From the sequence record SRR31156797_707: a DNA stretch of 64,000 nt; one strand, 5' to 3'. Shown piece by piece: positions 52,536 through 61,123 of this stretch. Each line of letters starts with the position of its first letter. Position 1 is the stretch's first letter. The position numbers and the translations under genes were made by a program. The notes beneath the pieces were generated by a model, which was not told the origin of the DNA, made no database searches, and saw nothing but the letters and a program-made list of their open reading frames with translations.

Positions 52536-54725
52536 TCACGCTTTTATGACTTTGACAAAGCCGTTCTGAAGCCCGACTCCACCGCTGATAGGGTCTGTGT
52601 CGTTTGAACAGAAGTCACTTGTTCTGGCGCCTTTGCCCCTCATTACAGTCATTAACGGGCTTTCGTGTCCGAATCCCTGTGGGGTAAAAATGGCCTCTGG
52701 ATGGATGTAATCCACAACCTTAACCACAAGCTCACCGCTGGTCTTCTTCCCGTTAGTCACGCGAACCTTATCACCATCTTCGATACCGAGAGCTTCCGCA
52801 CGGCTGGTATTAATCCAGACAGGAACCTCGTAATCGTGAAGTGCAAGCAGCCATCTGTTGTTCTGAGTTCTTGCGTGAGTATGGTAACTGGTGCGACCAA
52901 AGAGAAATCTGAACTGGTCATCATCTGGTTTCGGAGACTCCGTATATGTAGGCAGTGCATCGAAACCTAGGTCACGAAGCTTTGAGCTTGCAAGCTCTAC
53001 CTTGCCGGAAGGAGTATAAAAACGTGGTCTCTTACCGGTTGCCCTCGGCGTAGGTTCTCCAACTGCTTTCACAAAACAGCCGTTAGCTTTCATGTATTCA
53101 TCATCTGTTCCAGCCGCCTGGAAAAGGAGATAGTTAAAATCCTCTATTGAGGAAAATTCATTCTCATAGCCCATAGCTTTAGATATTCTCTCAGCCATCT
53201 CCCAGCCGCCGATAGTGTCATGAACAGGCTCTATGGCAGGCTCACGATACTGAACATAGCCGGATTTACGGCTTGTAACTATAGCCGGATCATACCTTTC
53301 CAGATAAGTTGATTCAGGGAGAATTACGTCTGAGTAGTAAGCTGTATCTGTCATATAAATATCACAGGTAACGATGAGGTCACTCTTCTCAACAGCTCTG
53401 TAGACTATATCTGCATCCGCCTGATGATGGAAAAGATTTGTTCCATAAACAAACAGCGCCTTCATAGCGTGTGGTTCCTGATTAGCTATCGCCTCTATCT
53501 GCTTATTAGCGAGACCGAGATTTTTCGGAGCCAGAGGGAAAAGTGTTCCCGCTCCGTCTGCTCTGTCGTGAGTTGCGTGGTGATCAAACTCAACCATATG
53601 TGGTTTCTTAACCTTCAGCTTAACAGGGGAATATATACCGCCTGGCATATCCCAGTTTCCGAAAAGTGCATTAAGAACAGCTATGGCTCTGACGAACTGT
53701 ACGTCGTTGCCGTATCTTGAAAGCCTGCGCCCCGGGTGGATATAACAATGAGGTGCGGCCTTTGCGAGAGACTTACAGGCTCTTACGATTGCTGCTTCGT
53801 CGAGGCCTGTCTCTTCACTCGTCCAATTTAAGGAGTATTCGGTTACATGCTCTTTTAGCTCGTCAAAGCCTTCCGTATAGCTGTTTACAAATTCCGCATC
53901 GAAAAGGTTGTTTTCTATGACATAGTTTATCATTCCCAAAAGGAGTGCTGTGTCTGTGCCAGGGCGAATCATCATAAACTGGCTCGCTTTCGCCGCAGTT
54001 TTAGAGAAACGCACGTCTACATAGATGACCTCTGCGCCCTTCGAAAGTCCGTTGGTAAACTCCTGAAGCTCACCAACATGAAGCGCTTCGGCAATGTTAC
54101 GCCCGAGCATCATCATACATTTTGAATTATCAGAATCGACAGGCTCTTTACCGCCGACAGGCTTACCATATGTTGTCGCCCATGCGATCTCTCTGCTTCC
54201 TGTGCATTGCGAAAATGCAGGTATAGCTATGTTTGGAGTGCCGATAATCTCCATAAGGTTCATAAATGAGTGCTCACCTGAGCCGTGAGCAAAGAGCGAG
54301 AAGGATTCCGGACCGTGCTGATCTCTGATAGCTATGGACTTTTCAGCTATATACTGTATAACCTCGTCCCATGTTGCTTTTCGAAATTTACCTTCGCCTC
54401 TCTTCCCTGTTCTGATCATAGGATACTTGACCCTGTCAGGATCATAGACCTGATAAACGCCTGAGTTACCCTTAGCGCAAAGCTTGCCGAAGTTACTCGG
54501 GCAGTGAGGCTGACCTTCGAGTTTAATCACCTTACCGTTTACTGATTTTGCTGTGAGCCCGCATTTCCAGAAACACATCTCACACCAGTTCTGAGTATAA
54601 CTTTCGCCTCTCGGCTTGCTCTTCTCTTCGTTAGCTGTGACTTTCAGTGCCGGAAGTCCGAGGATAGCAGCACCAGCCGCAGCAGTCTGAAGAAAGCGCC
54701 TACGGGATAATTTTGTCTTTATCAT
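52536..54725 (-). CDS. Tat-exported Mo-bisPGD oxidoreductase, PsrA/PhsA/SrrA-like catalytic subunit
   Basis: SRRRFLQ Tat motif, CEMCFWKC...LCAKG FS0 cluster, putative Mo-ligand Cys in FSQC, RTQNN; start 54725 behind GAGGGA. Confidence 0.88.
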   Translation of the reverse strand: MIKTKLSRRRFLQTAAAGAAILGLPALKVTANEEKSKPRGESYTQNWCEMCFWKCGLTAKSVNGKVIKLEGQPHCPSNFGKLCAKGNSGVYQVYDPDRVKYPMIRTGKRGEGKFRKATWDEVIQYIAEKSIAIRDQHGPESFSLFAHGSGEHSFMNLMEIIGTPNIAIPAFSQCTGSREIAWATTYGKPVGGKEPVDSDNSKCMMMLGRNIAEALHVGELQEFTNGLSKGAEVIYVDVRFSKTAAKASQFMMIRPGTDTALLLGMINYVIENNLFDAEFVNSYTEGFDELKEHVTEYSLNWTSEETGLDEAAIVRACKSLAKAAPHCYIHPGRRLSRYGNDVQFVRAIAVLNALFGNWDMPGGIYSPVKLKVKKPHMVEFDHHATHDRADGAGTLFPLAPKNLGLANKQIEAIANQEPHAMKALFVYGTNLFHHQADADIVYRAVEKSDLIVTCDIYMTDTAYYSDVILPESTYLERYDPAIVTSRKSGYVQYREPAIEPVHDTIGGWEMAERISKAMGYENEFSSIEDFNYLLFQAAGTDDEYMKANGCFVKAVGEPTPRATGKRPRFYTPSGKVELASSKLRDLGFDALPTYTESPKPDDDQFRFLFGRTSYHTHARTQNNRWLLALHDYEVPVWINTSRAEALGIEDGDKVRVTNGKKTSGELVVKVVDYIHPEAIFTPQGFGHESPLMTVMRGKGARTSDFCSNDTDPISGGVGLQNGFVKVIKA

Positions 54726-54823
54726 TATTCCCTCGTAATACATTAAATTAATTCAAGGACGTAATCAGCAAGACCGAAAACGCCCTTATGACTTTAACCA
54801 ATCTAAGCAATAATTTTTGCATT

Positions 54824-54853
54824 TGTCAACAGTCTAGTGAGTTTTTTATCACT
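54824..54853 (-). promoter_or_regulatory. TTGACA -35 plus AGTGA-N8-TCACT palindrome upstream of the oxidoreductase operon
   Basis: Palindrome 54836-54853; minus-strand TTGACA 54829-54824, 6 bp gap. Confidence 0.65.
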
Positions 54854-54956
54854 TATAAATTATCCACTATATACATATATTCAGATTTTAGTATTTGTTT
54901 ATTTTATGACAATTTAATGGTTTACAAATGATTGTGTCATACGCTATATAAGCAAT

Positions 54957-55313
54957 ATGGCGTTAAGAGACTGTAACGAAGAAGAAATAAACAATCTGCT
55001 TGAATTTTTTAAAGCAATGGCTAACCCTATGCGCTTTACAATCGCACGTCTCATATGCATGGAACCGAGATATAGCCACGAGATAGAAGATATTTTCGAT
55101 TGTGAAAGATCTAATATCACCAAACACTTAAACGTTTTAAGAAAAGCAAACGTAATAAAATCTTATAAGGAAGGACGTAAAACTCTTTACGTTATGCAAG
55201 GGGAGTATGTTAAATCACTCCTTAAGTGCATAGATCAGGAAAACTACCAAGAGATATTAAAAGCAGAAGATAAAAATAAACTACATTACAAGGTAGATAT
55301 AGACATTTCATAG
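54957..55313 (+). CDS. ArsR/SmtB family transcriptional regulator with four Cys
   Basis: FKAMANPMR, SNITKHLNVLR, KEGRKTLY. Confidence 0.88.
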   Translation: MALRDCNEEEINNLLEFFKAMANPMRFTIARLICMEPRYSHEIEDIFDCERSNITKHLNVLRKANVIKSYKEGRKTLYVMQGEYVKSLLKCIDQENYQEILKAEDKNKLHYKVDIDIS

Positions 55314-55458
55314 AAACCTGTTTTAAGCATATGCCCTTTATAATTGCTCAGCTAAACTTTCTTTTTAACAAAGCATCAACTTTAATACATTCATCTTATC
55401 GCATATTAATGTTTTAATAGTGTTTTCATATTTCAAAACATAAATCTCACTGTTAACC

Positions 55459-55511
55459 AGTGAACTATTTATCACTTTTATATTGACACCTTGATATCTT
55501 TAAAATATTAT
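55459..55511 (+). promoter_or_regulatory. AGTGA-N8-TCACT palindrome plus sigma70 promoter of the rhodanese gene
   Basis: Palindrome 55459-55476; TTGACA(55483)-17-TATTAT(55506). Confidence 0.7.
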
Positions 55512-55542
55512 CGCAATAGAACTACAAACGGAGGTCGTAAGA

Positions 55543-56037
55543 ATGAAAAGACTTACTGCATTTATTTTTGCTATCGTATTTACAATGAGCTTATCAGCTT
55601 TCGCTGCTGCACCAACAGAGCCTGCATCACTTGCTAAAAAGCGTGACGCACTCCTCGCTGCTGCGGTTAAAGACGTAAAACAAATCACTGTTAAGGATCT
55701 GCTCGGCATGATGAAGAATAAAGAGAAGTTCGTACTTCTCGACATCAGAGAAGCTGCTGAGACAGGCTTTACTATCCCTTACAAAAACCTTAAGAAAATC
55801 CCTAGAGGTCTTGTAGAGTGGCTCGTTGGCAAGCAGATTAAACTTGACGAAAAAGTTGTTGTATACTGCAAGTCCGGTGCTCGTGGTGCTTTCACAACTA
55901 AGCGCCTTAACGAACTTGGTTACGCAAATGCTGTTAACCTTGAAGGCGGAATCGTTGCATGGCTCGAGGGCGGCTACCCTATGAAGACTTACATCGGTAA
56001 CATCAAACCTACTGGTTACAAATTTAAGAAAAAGTAA
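55543..56037 (+). CDS. Exported single-domain rhodanese, Sud-like sulfur transferase
   Basis: Signal peptide, LLDIRE, IPRGLVE, active-site YCKSGAR, LEGGIVAW. Confidence 0.88.
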   Translation: MKRLTAFIFAIVFTMSLSAFAAAPTEPASLAKKRDALLAAAVKDVKQITVKDLLGMMKNKEKFVLLDIREAAETGFTIPYKNLKKIPRGLVEWLVGKQIKLDEKVVVYCKSGARGAFTTKRLNELGYANAVNLEGGIVAWLEGGYPMKTYIGNIKPTGYKFKKK

Positions 56038-56061
56038 TTTACATACTGAACGTATAACAGA

Positions 56062-56093
56062 TAAGGGCACTCATAACGGGTGCCCTTTTTTTT
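56062..56093 (+). terminator. Rho-independent terminator
   Basis: AAGGGCAC...GTGCCCTT followed by T run. Confidence 0.85.
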
Positions 56094-56109
56094 GCGTAAA
56101 TATAAACGG

Positions 56110-56856
56110 CTAGTCTCTGCCCCTCAGCTTAGAGAGAAGGTTAAGTATCTCTATATAAAGCCAGATAAGTGTCACGAGAAGTCCAAAAGCTGAGTACCAC
56201 TCCATATATTTCGGAGCACCTGCCGCCGCACCCTGCTCTATGAAATCAAAATCAAGAACAAGATTCAGCGCCGCAATCACTACAACAAACAGGCTAAAAC
56301 CTATACCTATCAGTCCTGATTCGTGGATGTAGGGGATGTTCATCCCGAAAAAACCCAAAACAAAGCTTATAAGGTAAATAACAAATATACCGCCTGTGGC
56401 AGCAGCGACGCCAAGCTTGAAATTCTCAGTGGCTCTTATCATACGTGATTTATAAGCGATCAACAGTGAAAAGAAAACTCCCATCGTGAGACCTACTGCC
56501 TGCATAACAATACCCGGAAACTTCATCTCCATCAGAAGCGACAGCGCCCCCAGGAGCACACCTTCCACAAGTGCATAAATAGGTGCAGTTAAAGGGGATG
56601 CCTTCTTAAAAAATATCGTAATAAGGGCAATAACAAGCCCGCCTATCGCAAGCGGAATCAACATCCCTATTATCTGCCTGAAACTCTCCTCAGAGCTCAT
56701 TGCTTCATGCCAGGCATACCCAGCACCGCATACAAGAAGAATCAAAAGCACCAGCGCTTTATTCGCCGCCCCCTGAATGGTCATAACAGTTGCTGATGTG
56801 CCCCTTACTTTCGTAAATGTACTGGCACTCAGCGCAGGATTACTACTCTTTAGCAT
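56110..56856 (-). CDS. Bax inhibitor-1-like/YccA family membrane protein
   Basis: SSNPAL, LVLDFDFIE, EWYSAFGLLVTLIWLYIEIL. Confidence 0.88.
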   Translation of the reverse strand: MLKSSNPALSASTFTKVRGTSATVMTIQGAANKALVLLILLVCGAGYAWHEAMSSEESFRQIIGMLIPLAIGGLVIALITIFFKKASPLTAPIYALVEGVLLGALSLLMEMKFPGIVMQAVGLTMGVFFSLLIAYKSRMIRATENFKLGVAAATGGIFVIYLISFVLGFFGMNIPYIHESGLIGIGFSLFVVVIAALNLVLDFDFIEQGAAAGAPKYMEWYSAFGLLVTLIWLYIEILNLLSKLRGRD

Positions 56857-57018
56857 CGTTCACCTCTAGATAGATTATTAGCCAACATAGCATGTTCATA
56901 ATAACATATTTGTTAATACTGTTAAAATTAATTATAAAATCTAAATATTCAACATTTTATATGTTGACATAGTTAAATAACAGCACATCTTTATTTAAAA
57001 GACCAAGGAGGTCTCATT

Positions 57019-57399
57019 ATGAAAAAGCTGCTCATACCTTTTTATATATTTTTATTTGTAGTAGCCGCAGGATTTCAGGCTCAGGCTATGTCATATAAAG
57101 ATATAACCCCGCAAGAAGCGAAAAAGCTTATGGCCATGCATAGTGATCTTGTAATCATTGATGTTTCACCATATTTTGACCGAGGACACATCCCCGGTGC
57201 GATAAATATCAAAGTGAGCGATCTGGAAGACAAGATTCCTACGCTGGATAAATACAAACCATACCTTATCTACTGCCACGCTGACGGACCTGCCATCAGA
57301 GGCTCTAAAATGCTTGTAGATGCAGGATTTAAGATGGTTTACAGACTTATAGGTAACTATGGAGGCTGGGTTGCCGCAGGCTATGACACTGAGATGTAA
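57019..57399 (+). CDS. Exported single-domain rhodanese-like protein
   Basis: Signal peptide, IIDVS, GHIPGA, YCHADGP active loop; AAGGAGG RBS. Confidence 0.85.
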   Translation: MKKLLIPFYIFLFVVAAGFQAQAMSYKDITPQEAKKLMAMHSDLVIIDVSPYFDRGHIPGAINIKVSDLEDKIPTLDKYKPYLIYCHADGPAIRGSKMLVDAGFKMVYRLIGNYGGWVAAGYDTEM

Positions 57400-57425
57400 T
57401 ATAGATGACTTGTTCTAAATGCAAA

Positions 57426-57454
57426 AAAGGTCAGTATTAAAAGTGCTGGCCTTT
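57426..57454. terminator. Probable bidirectional terminator between convergent genes
   Basis: AAAGGTCAGTA...TGCTGGCCTTT hairpin with A run upstream. Confidence 0.6.
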
Positions 57455-57471
57455 CTTGTGCTAACTCCCTC

Positions 57472-58293
57472 TCAGTAAGGCTGCTTCTCCAGCATATCTG
57501 AAAAGACAGCACACACACCCATGTCGAACATACGGTTCATTTCACTCAAACTATTGACAGTGTATGAGTTTACAACAACATCAGCACGTCGTAGCTCAGC
57601 GACCAGATTTTTATCAAGCATACCGGATTCAGCATGGTAGGCACCGGCATTAAGTGATGAAACATACTCTATCGTGTTTTCCGGATGTCTCTGCTCAACT
57701 AATACTGCCGTAGTAATCTCTGGAGCTAACATCTTGCACTGATTAAGGTAATTATGGTTAAACGAAGATATTAGCACCCTCTCATGGTACTCAATATCAC
57801 GTATGATCTCCACCACTTTCCCTGTGGCTTTACTATCGAATACAGTACCTGACATATCCTTAATTTCAACATTGACAGGCATCTCGACTTTCTTAAAAAA
57901 ACTTAGTGCTTCTTTTAATGTCGGCACTCTTTCAGCGGGCAGCTCATGCAGTTCCTCTAAAGAGACCAGACCTGATCTAATTGTTCCGAATGGATCTTCC
58001 TCAGCAAACCAAGAGCTGAAATCAAGGGTTTTCAACTCATCTAAAGTGTAGTCTGTCACTTCATAAGATGAGCAAAACGAATCATTCCTCTCTGCATCTG
58101 ATGTTCTCGTCAGTGTGGAATCGTGTATGATAACAGCTTCACCGTCTTTGCTGAACCCTACATCCAGCTCTACAAAATCATTACGTCCAACAGCTTTATC
58201 GAACGCCGCCATAGTATTTTCAGCTCTTAGCGAACTAACGCCACGGTGAGCCGCCACAAGATTTTTCTTATCAAAACAATTATCAAAAAACAT
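57472..58293 (-). CDS. Cytoplasmic glycerophosphodiester phosphodiesterase (UgpQ/GlpQ family)
   Basis: AAHRG, ENT, ELDV, HDSTLTRT, NVEIK, ISSF; no signal peptide. Confidence 0.9.
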   Translation of the reverse strand: MFFDNCFDKKNLVAAHRGVSSLRAENTMAAFDKAVGRNDFVELDVGFSKDGEAVIIHDSTLTRTSDAERNDSFCSSYEVTDYTLDELKTLDFSSWFAEEDPFGTIRSGLVSLEELHELPAERVPTLKEALSFFKKVEMPVNVEIKDMSGTVFDSKATGKVVEIIRDIEYHERVLISSFNHNYLNQCKMLAPEITTAVLVEQRHPENTIEYVSSLNAGAYHAESGMLDKNLVAELRRADVVVNSYTVNSLSEMNRMFDMGVCAVFSDMLEKQPY

Positions 58294-59148
58294 CTATTCA
58301 GCCTTTTTAGTAAAAACTAAATTAACAACTGCAAATAAAGATGTACATAGAATTAGTAAAAATGAGATAGCATTAATGATTGGAGAACTACCGTCTCTAA
58401 CCTGTAAATAAAGGTTGATAGGCAGGGTTGTATCCGAGCCGATGAGAAAAAGTGTGGTGTTAAAATTCTCGAAACTCATCAGAAAAGCGACAGCACCTGA
58501 ACCTATCAGCGCAGGGCGTAAAAACGGCAGAGTAATCAGGCGGATAACGTCAAAACGGCTGGCGCCGAGGTTAAGAGCCGCCTCTTCCAGTGATTTATCA
58601 AATTTCCTCAGCCTTGCGGAGACCACAAGAAGTACAAAAGTGGTAATGAATGAGAACTGCCCTACCACCACCAGCCAAAAACTAGGTCTGAGGACTTCAA
58701 TATCTATACCAAATCTGGTTTCGATGAAAAGACCTATGCTATTAGTCATCAGCAGAAGCGAGATACCAAGGATCACCCCGGGGATAACCAGAGGTGTCAG
58801 AGCGAGGAAGTATAAAGACTGCTTAAACCGGAACTGCTCCTGTTCGAATAGAAATGCCCCCATTGTGCCCGTTATTAATGAGAAGATAGAGACAAAAAAA
58901 GCAGTCTGCAAACTAATCCAGATACTTCTCAGCATTTCAGAATCGTGAAACAGCCCAATCCTTGGTGTCTTATCAGAAAAGAACCAATCTAAAGAGAATC
59001 CGTTCCAAGGGAGAGCTGGAAAGTCGGAATTATTGAAAGCGAGAACACATGTAACCGCAAGTGGCGCAAAGAGAAACAGATAGAATATGAAAACGTAAAA
59101 TAAGAAGCTAAAATTGTAGCCCTTTGATCTTGGTAGTGTCCTTATCAT
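58294..59148 (-). CDS. PotC-family ABC permease
   Basis: LEEAALNLGA, SFENF, TLP motifs. Confidence 0.85.
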   Translation of the reverse strand: MIRTLPRSKGYNFSFLFYVFIFYLFLFAPLAVTCVLAFNNSDFPALPWNGFSLDWFFSDKTPRIGLFHDSEMLRSIWISLQTAFFVSIFSLITGTMGAFLFEQEQFRFKQSLYFLALTPLVIPGVILGISLLLMTNSIGLFIETRFGIDIEVLRPSFWLVVVGQFSFITTFVLLVVSARLRKFDKSLEEAALNLGASRFDVIRLITLPFLRPALIGSGAVAFLMSFENFNTTLFLIGSDTTLPINLYLQVRDGSSPIINAISFLLILCTSLFAVVNLVFTKKAE

Positions 59149-60002
59149 GTCAAAGCCTTCGCCAAGCTCTGCTTAGTCAGCTTCAGGCATAACCACACTA
59201 TCAGAGAAGATAGTAGAAGGAGAAGAAAGCCGAACGCCGCACCAAGATTCCAGTTAAAGCTGGCGATAAACTGGTTATAAATCTGCTCAGTAAACCAGAG
59301 CGAATTTTTACCGCCCATAAGGTTTGGTGTCAGATAGTTGCCTAGCGTAAGCATAAAAACAACTATAGACCCTGAGACAATACCTGATGCTGTGTAAGGT
59401 ATCACTATCTTAAAAAAGATAACTGGTTTTGATGCACCGAGATCGTGAGCCGCCTCAATATAGCTGTCGTCCATCCCATCCAGAGACGAGATAAGCGGTA
59501 CAGCCATAAACAACATCGAAGTATATACCAGCCCCATAATCATACTGACATCATTATAAAGCATCTCTATAGGCTGATTAAGCAGCCCAAGGCGCATCAG
59601 GAAAAAGTTTATCACACCACTCTCACGCAATAAAATCATCCAGCCGTAAACCCTCACAAGCTCACTAACCCAAAACGGGATCAACAGCAGGATCATCATA
59701 AAGCCCTTGTACTTCACTGAGGCAATTTTTGTAATGTAAAAAGCGATCGGAAACGTCACAGCAAAAGTTAGAAATGTCACAAGTATAGAATATAAAGCCA
59801 CACGGACAAACGTCAGCCAGTACACCTGTTCTTTGAAAAACTCAGCATAGTTAGCAAGCGACCAGACCATATCACCCATGTCATTTTCTGTTTTCAGAGA
59901 CATAAGGAAAAGCTCAATATTAGGAAGAACTATGAGAAGAAAAAGCCATAGGAATATAGGCGTAAAAAATATTATAAAACCGAGCTTAATCCCCTTACGC
60001 AT
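59145..60002 (-). CDS. PotB-family ABC permease
   Basis: IPFWVSELVRVYGW, EAAHDLGA, FNWNLGAA. Confidence 0.87.
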   Translation of the reverse strand: MRKGIKLGFIIFFTPIFLWLFLLIVLPNIELFLMSLKTENDMGDMVWSLANYAEFFKEQVYWLTFVRVALYSILVTFLTFAVTFPIAFYITKIASVKYKGFMMILLLIPFWVSELVRVYGWMILLRESGVINFFLMRLGLLNQPIEMLYNDVSMIMGLVYTSMLFMAVPLISSLDGMDDSYIEAAHDLGASKPVIFFKIVIPYTASGIVSGSIVVFMLTLGNYLTPNLMGGKNSLWFTEQIYNQFIASFNWNLGAAFGFLLLLLSSLIVWLCLKLTKQSLAKALT

Positions 60003-61056
60003 AGCACTTGCAATCCTTTACATCAACGCCCGCCTGTAGCATATCGCCAGGTTTAATATGAGCAAAATGTCTATTCTGAGGCAGTGCCACCATTAGCTCG
60101 TGATTGGTTCCATTTATAGCAGCCAGAACTTTAGTATTAGAGCCGTCAAAGAGGACAGTCTTAATATTCAGCTCGAAGAAATTCATATTATAGATAGATT
60201 TATCCGCCATAAGCACAACCGCTTCCGGTCTGATAAAAAGAGTTCCGCCGCCATTTATATTCGAATCCTGACAGTTAATTTTAAGCTTTACACCATCAGA
60301 CGTAACAGCCTCATCACCTGTGAGCTGAACATCAAACCTGTTGGCTTCGCCTACAAATCCTGCGACAAAGCTTGTCTTAGGGTTAGAATATAGGTTCTGA
60401 GGTGTGTCTATCTGTTCAAACTTACCTTTATTCATAACCGCAACAGTATCACTCATCACAAGGGCTTCCGACTGATCGTGGGTTATATATATAAAAGTTG
60501 TACCAACTTCATGCTGGAGCTTTTTAAGTTCGATCTTCATCTGTTCACGAAGTTTGAGGTCGAGGGCCCCGAGCGGCTCATCAAGAAGCAAAATCGAAGG
60601 GTCTAGCACAAGTGACCTCGCTATCGCCACCCTCTGCCTCTGTCCTCCTGAAAGCTGTGAAACATCTTTCGACTCAAAACCGCCAAGCTGTACCTTTTCC
60701 AGAATTGAAGAAACCTTATATTTGATCTCTTTCTTGGAAATATTCTGACGTTTCAGACCAAAAGCGACATTCTCACCTACATTCATCATAGGAAAAAGAG
60801 CCAGATTTTGAAAAACAAGATTTACCGGTCTTTTATTAGGCGGAATACCTACTACGTCATTTCCACGTATTTTAATTGATCCGGCAGTAGGCTCTAAAAA
60901 GCCTGCAATCATGCGAAGAAGCGTCGTTTTCCCACAACCGGACGGACCTAAAATTGAGAAGAAGCTGCCCTCGGCAACTGAAAAATCAACATTATCAACT
61001 GCCCTGAAATCGCCGAAACGCTTATTAATTTTAGCTATTTCTAAACTGTCATACAT
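59995..61056 (-). CDS. PotA-family ABC ATPase
   Basis: GPSGCGKTT, DEPLGALDLKLRE, THDQSEAL; start moved to ATG 61056. Confidence 0.9.
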   Translation of the reverse strand: MYDSLEIAKINKRFGDFRAVDNVDFSVAEGSFFSILGPSGCGKTTLLRMIAGFLEPTAGSIKIRGNDVVGIPPNKRPVNLVFQNLALFPMMNVGENVAFGLKRQNISKKEIKYKVSSILEKVQLGGFESKDVSQLSGGQRQRVAIARSLVLDPSILLLDEPLGALDLKLREQMKIELKKLQHEVGTTFIYITHDQSEALVMSDTVAVMNKGKFEQIDTPQNLYSNPKTSFVAGFVGEANRFDVQLTGDEAVTSDGVKLKINCQDSNINGGGTLFIRPEAVVLMADKSIYNMNFFELNIKTVLFDGSNTKVLAAINGTNHELMVALPQNRHFAHIKPGDMLQAGVDVKDCKCYA

Positions 61057-61082
61057 TATAATCAGGCCTTTAATATTAATAA

Positions 61083-61110
61083 AGGGCGGACAACTTCCAT
61101 CGCCCACCCT
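61083..61110 (-). other. Stem-loop with GGAA tetraloop after the binding-protein gene
   Basis: Minus strand AGGGTGGGCGAT-GGAA-GTTGTCCGCCCT. Confidence 0.6.
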
Positions 61111-61123
61111 AAGATGAAATAAT

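Noticed and set aside
54836-54853. Calling AGTGA-N8-TCACT an FNR, CRP, Rex or Fur site
   Set aside because: Half-site spacing differs from those consensus sites; left unassigned
45533-57399. Selenocysteine read-through in the redox operon, as in the related Geobacter cluster
   Set aside because: The TPR protein and rhodaneses end in TAA; TGA stops of the Mo subunit and 12-heme protein fall at natural C-termini; putative Mo ligand is Cys
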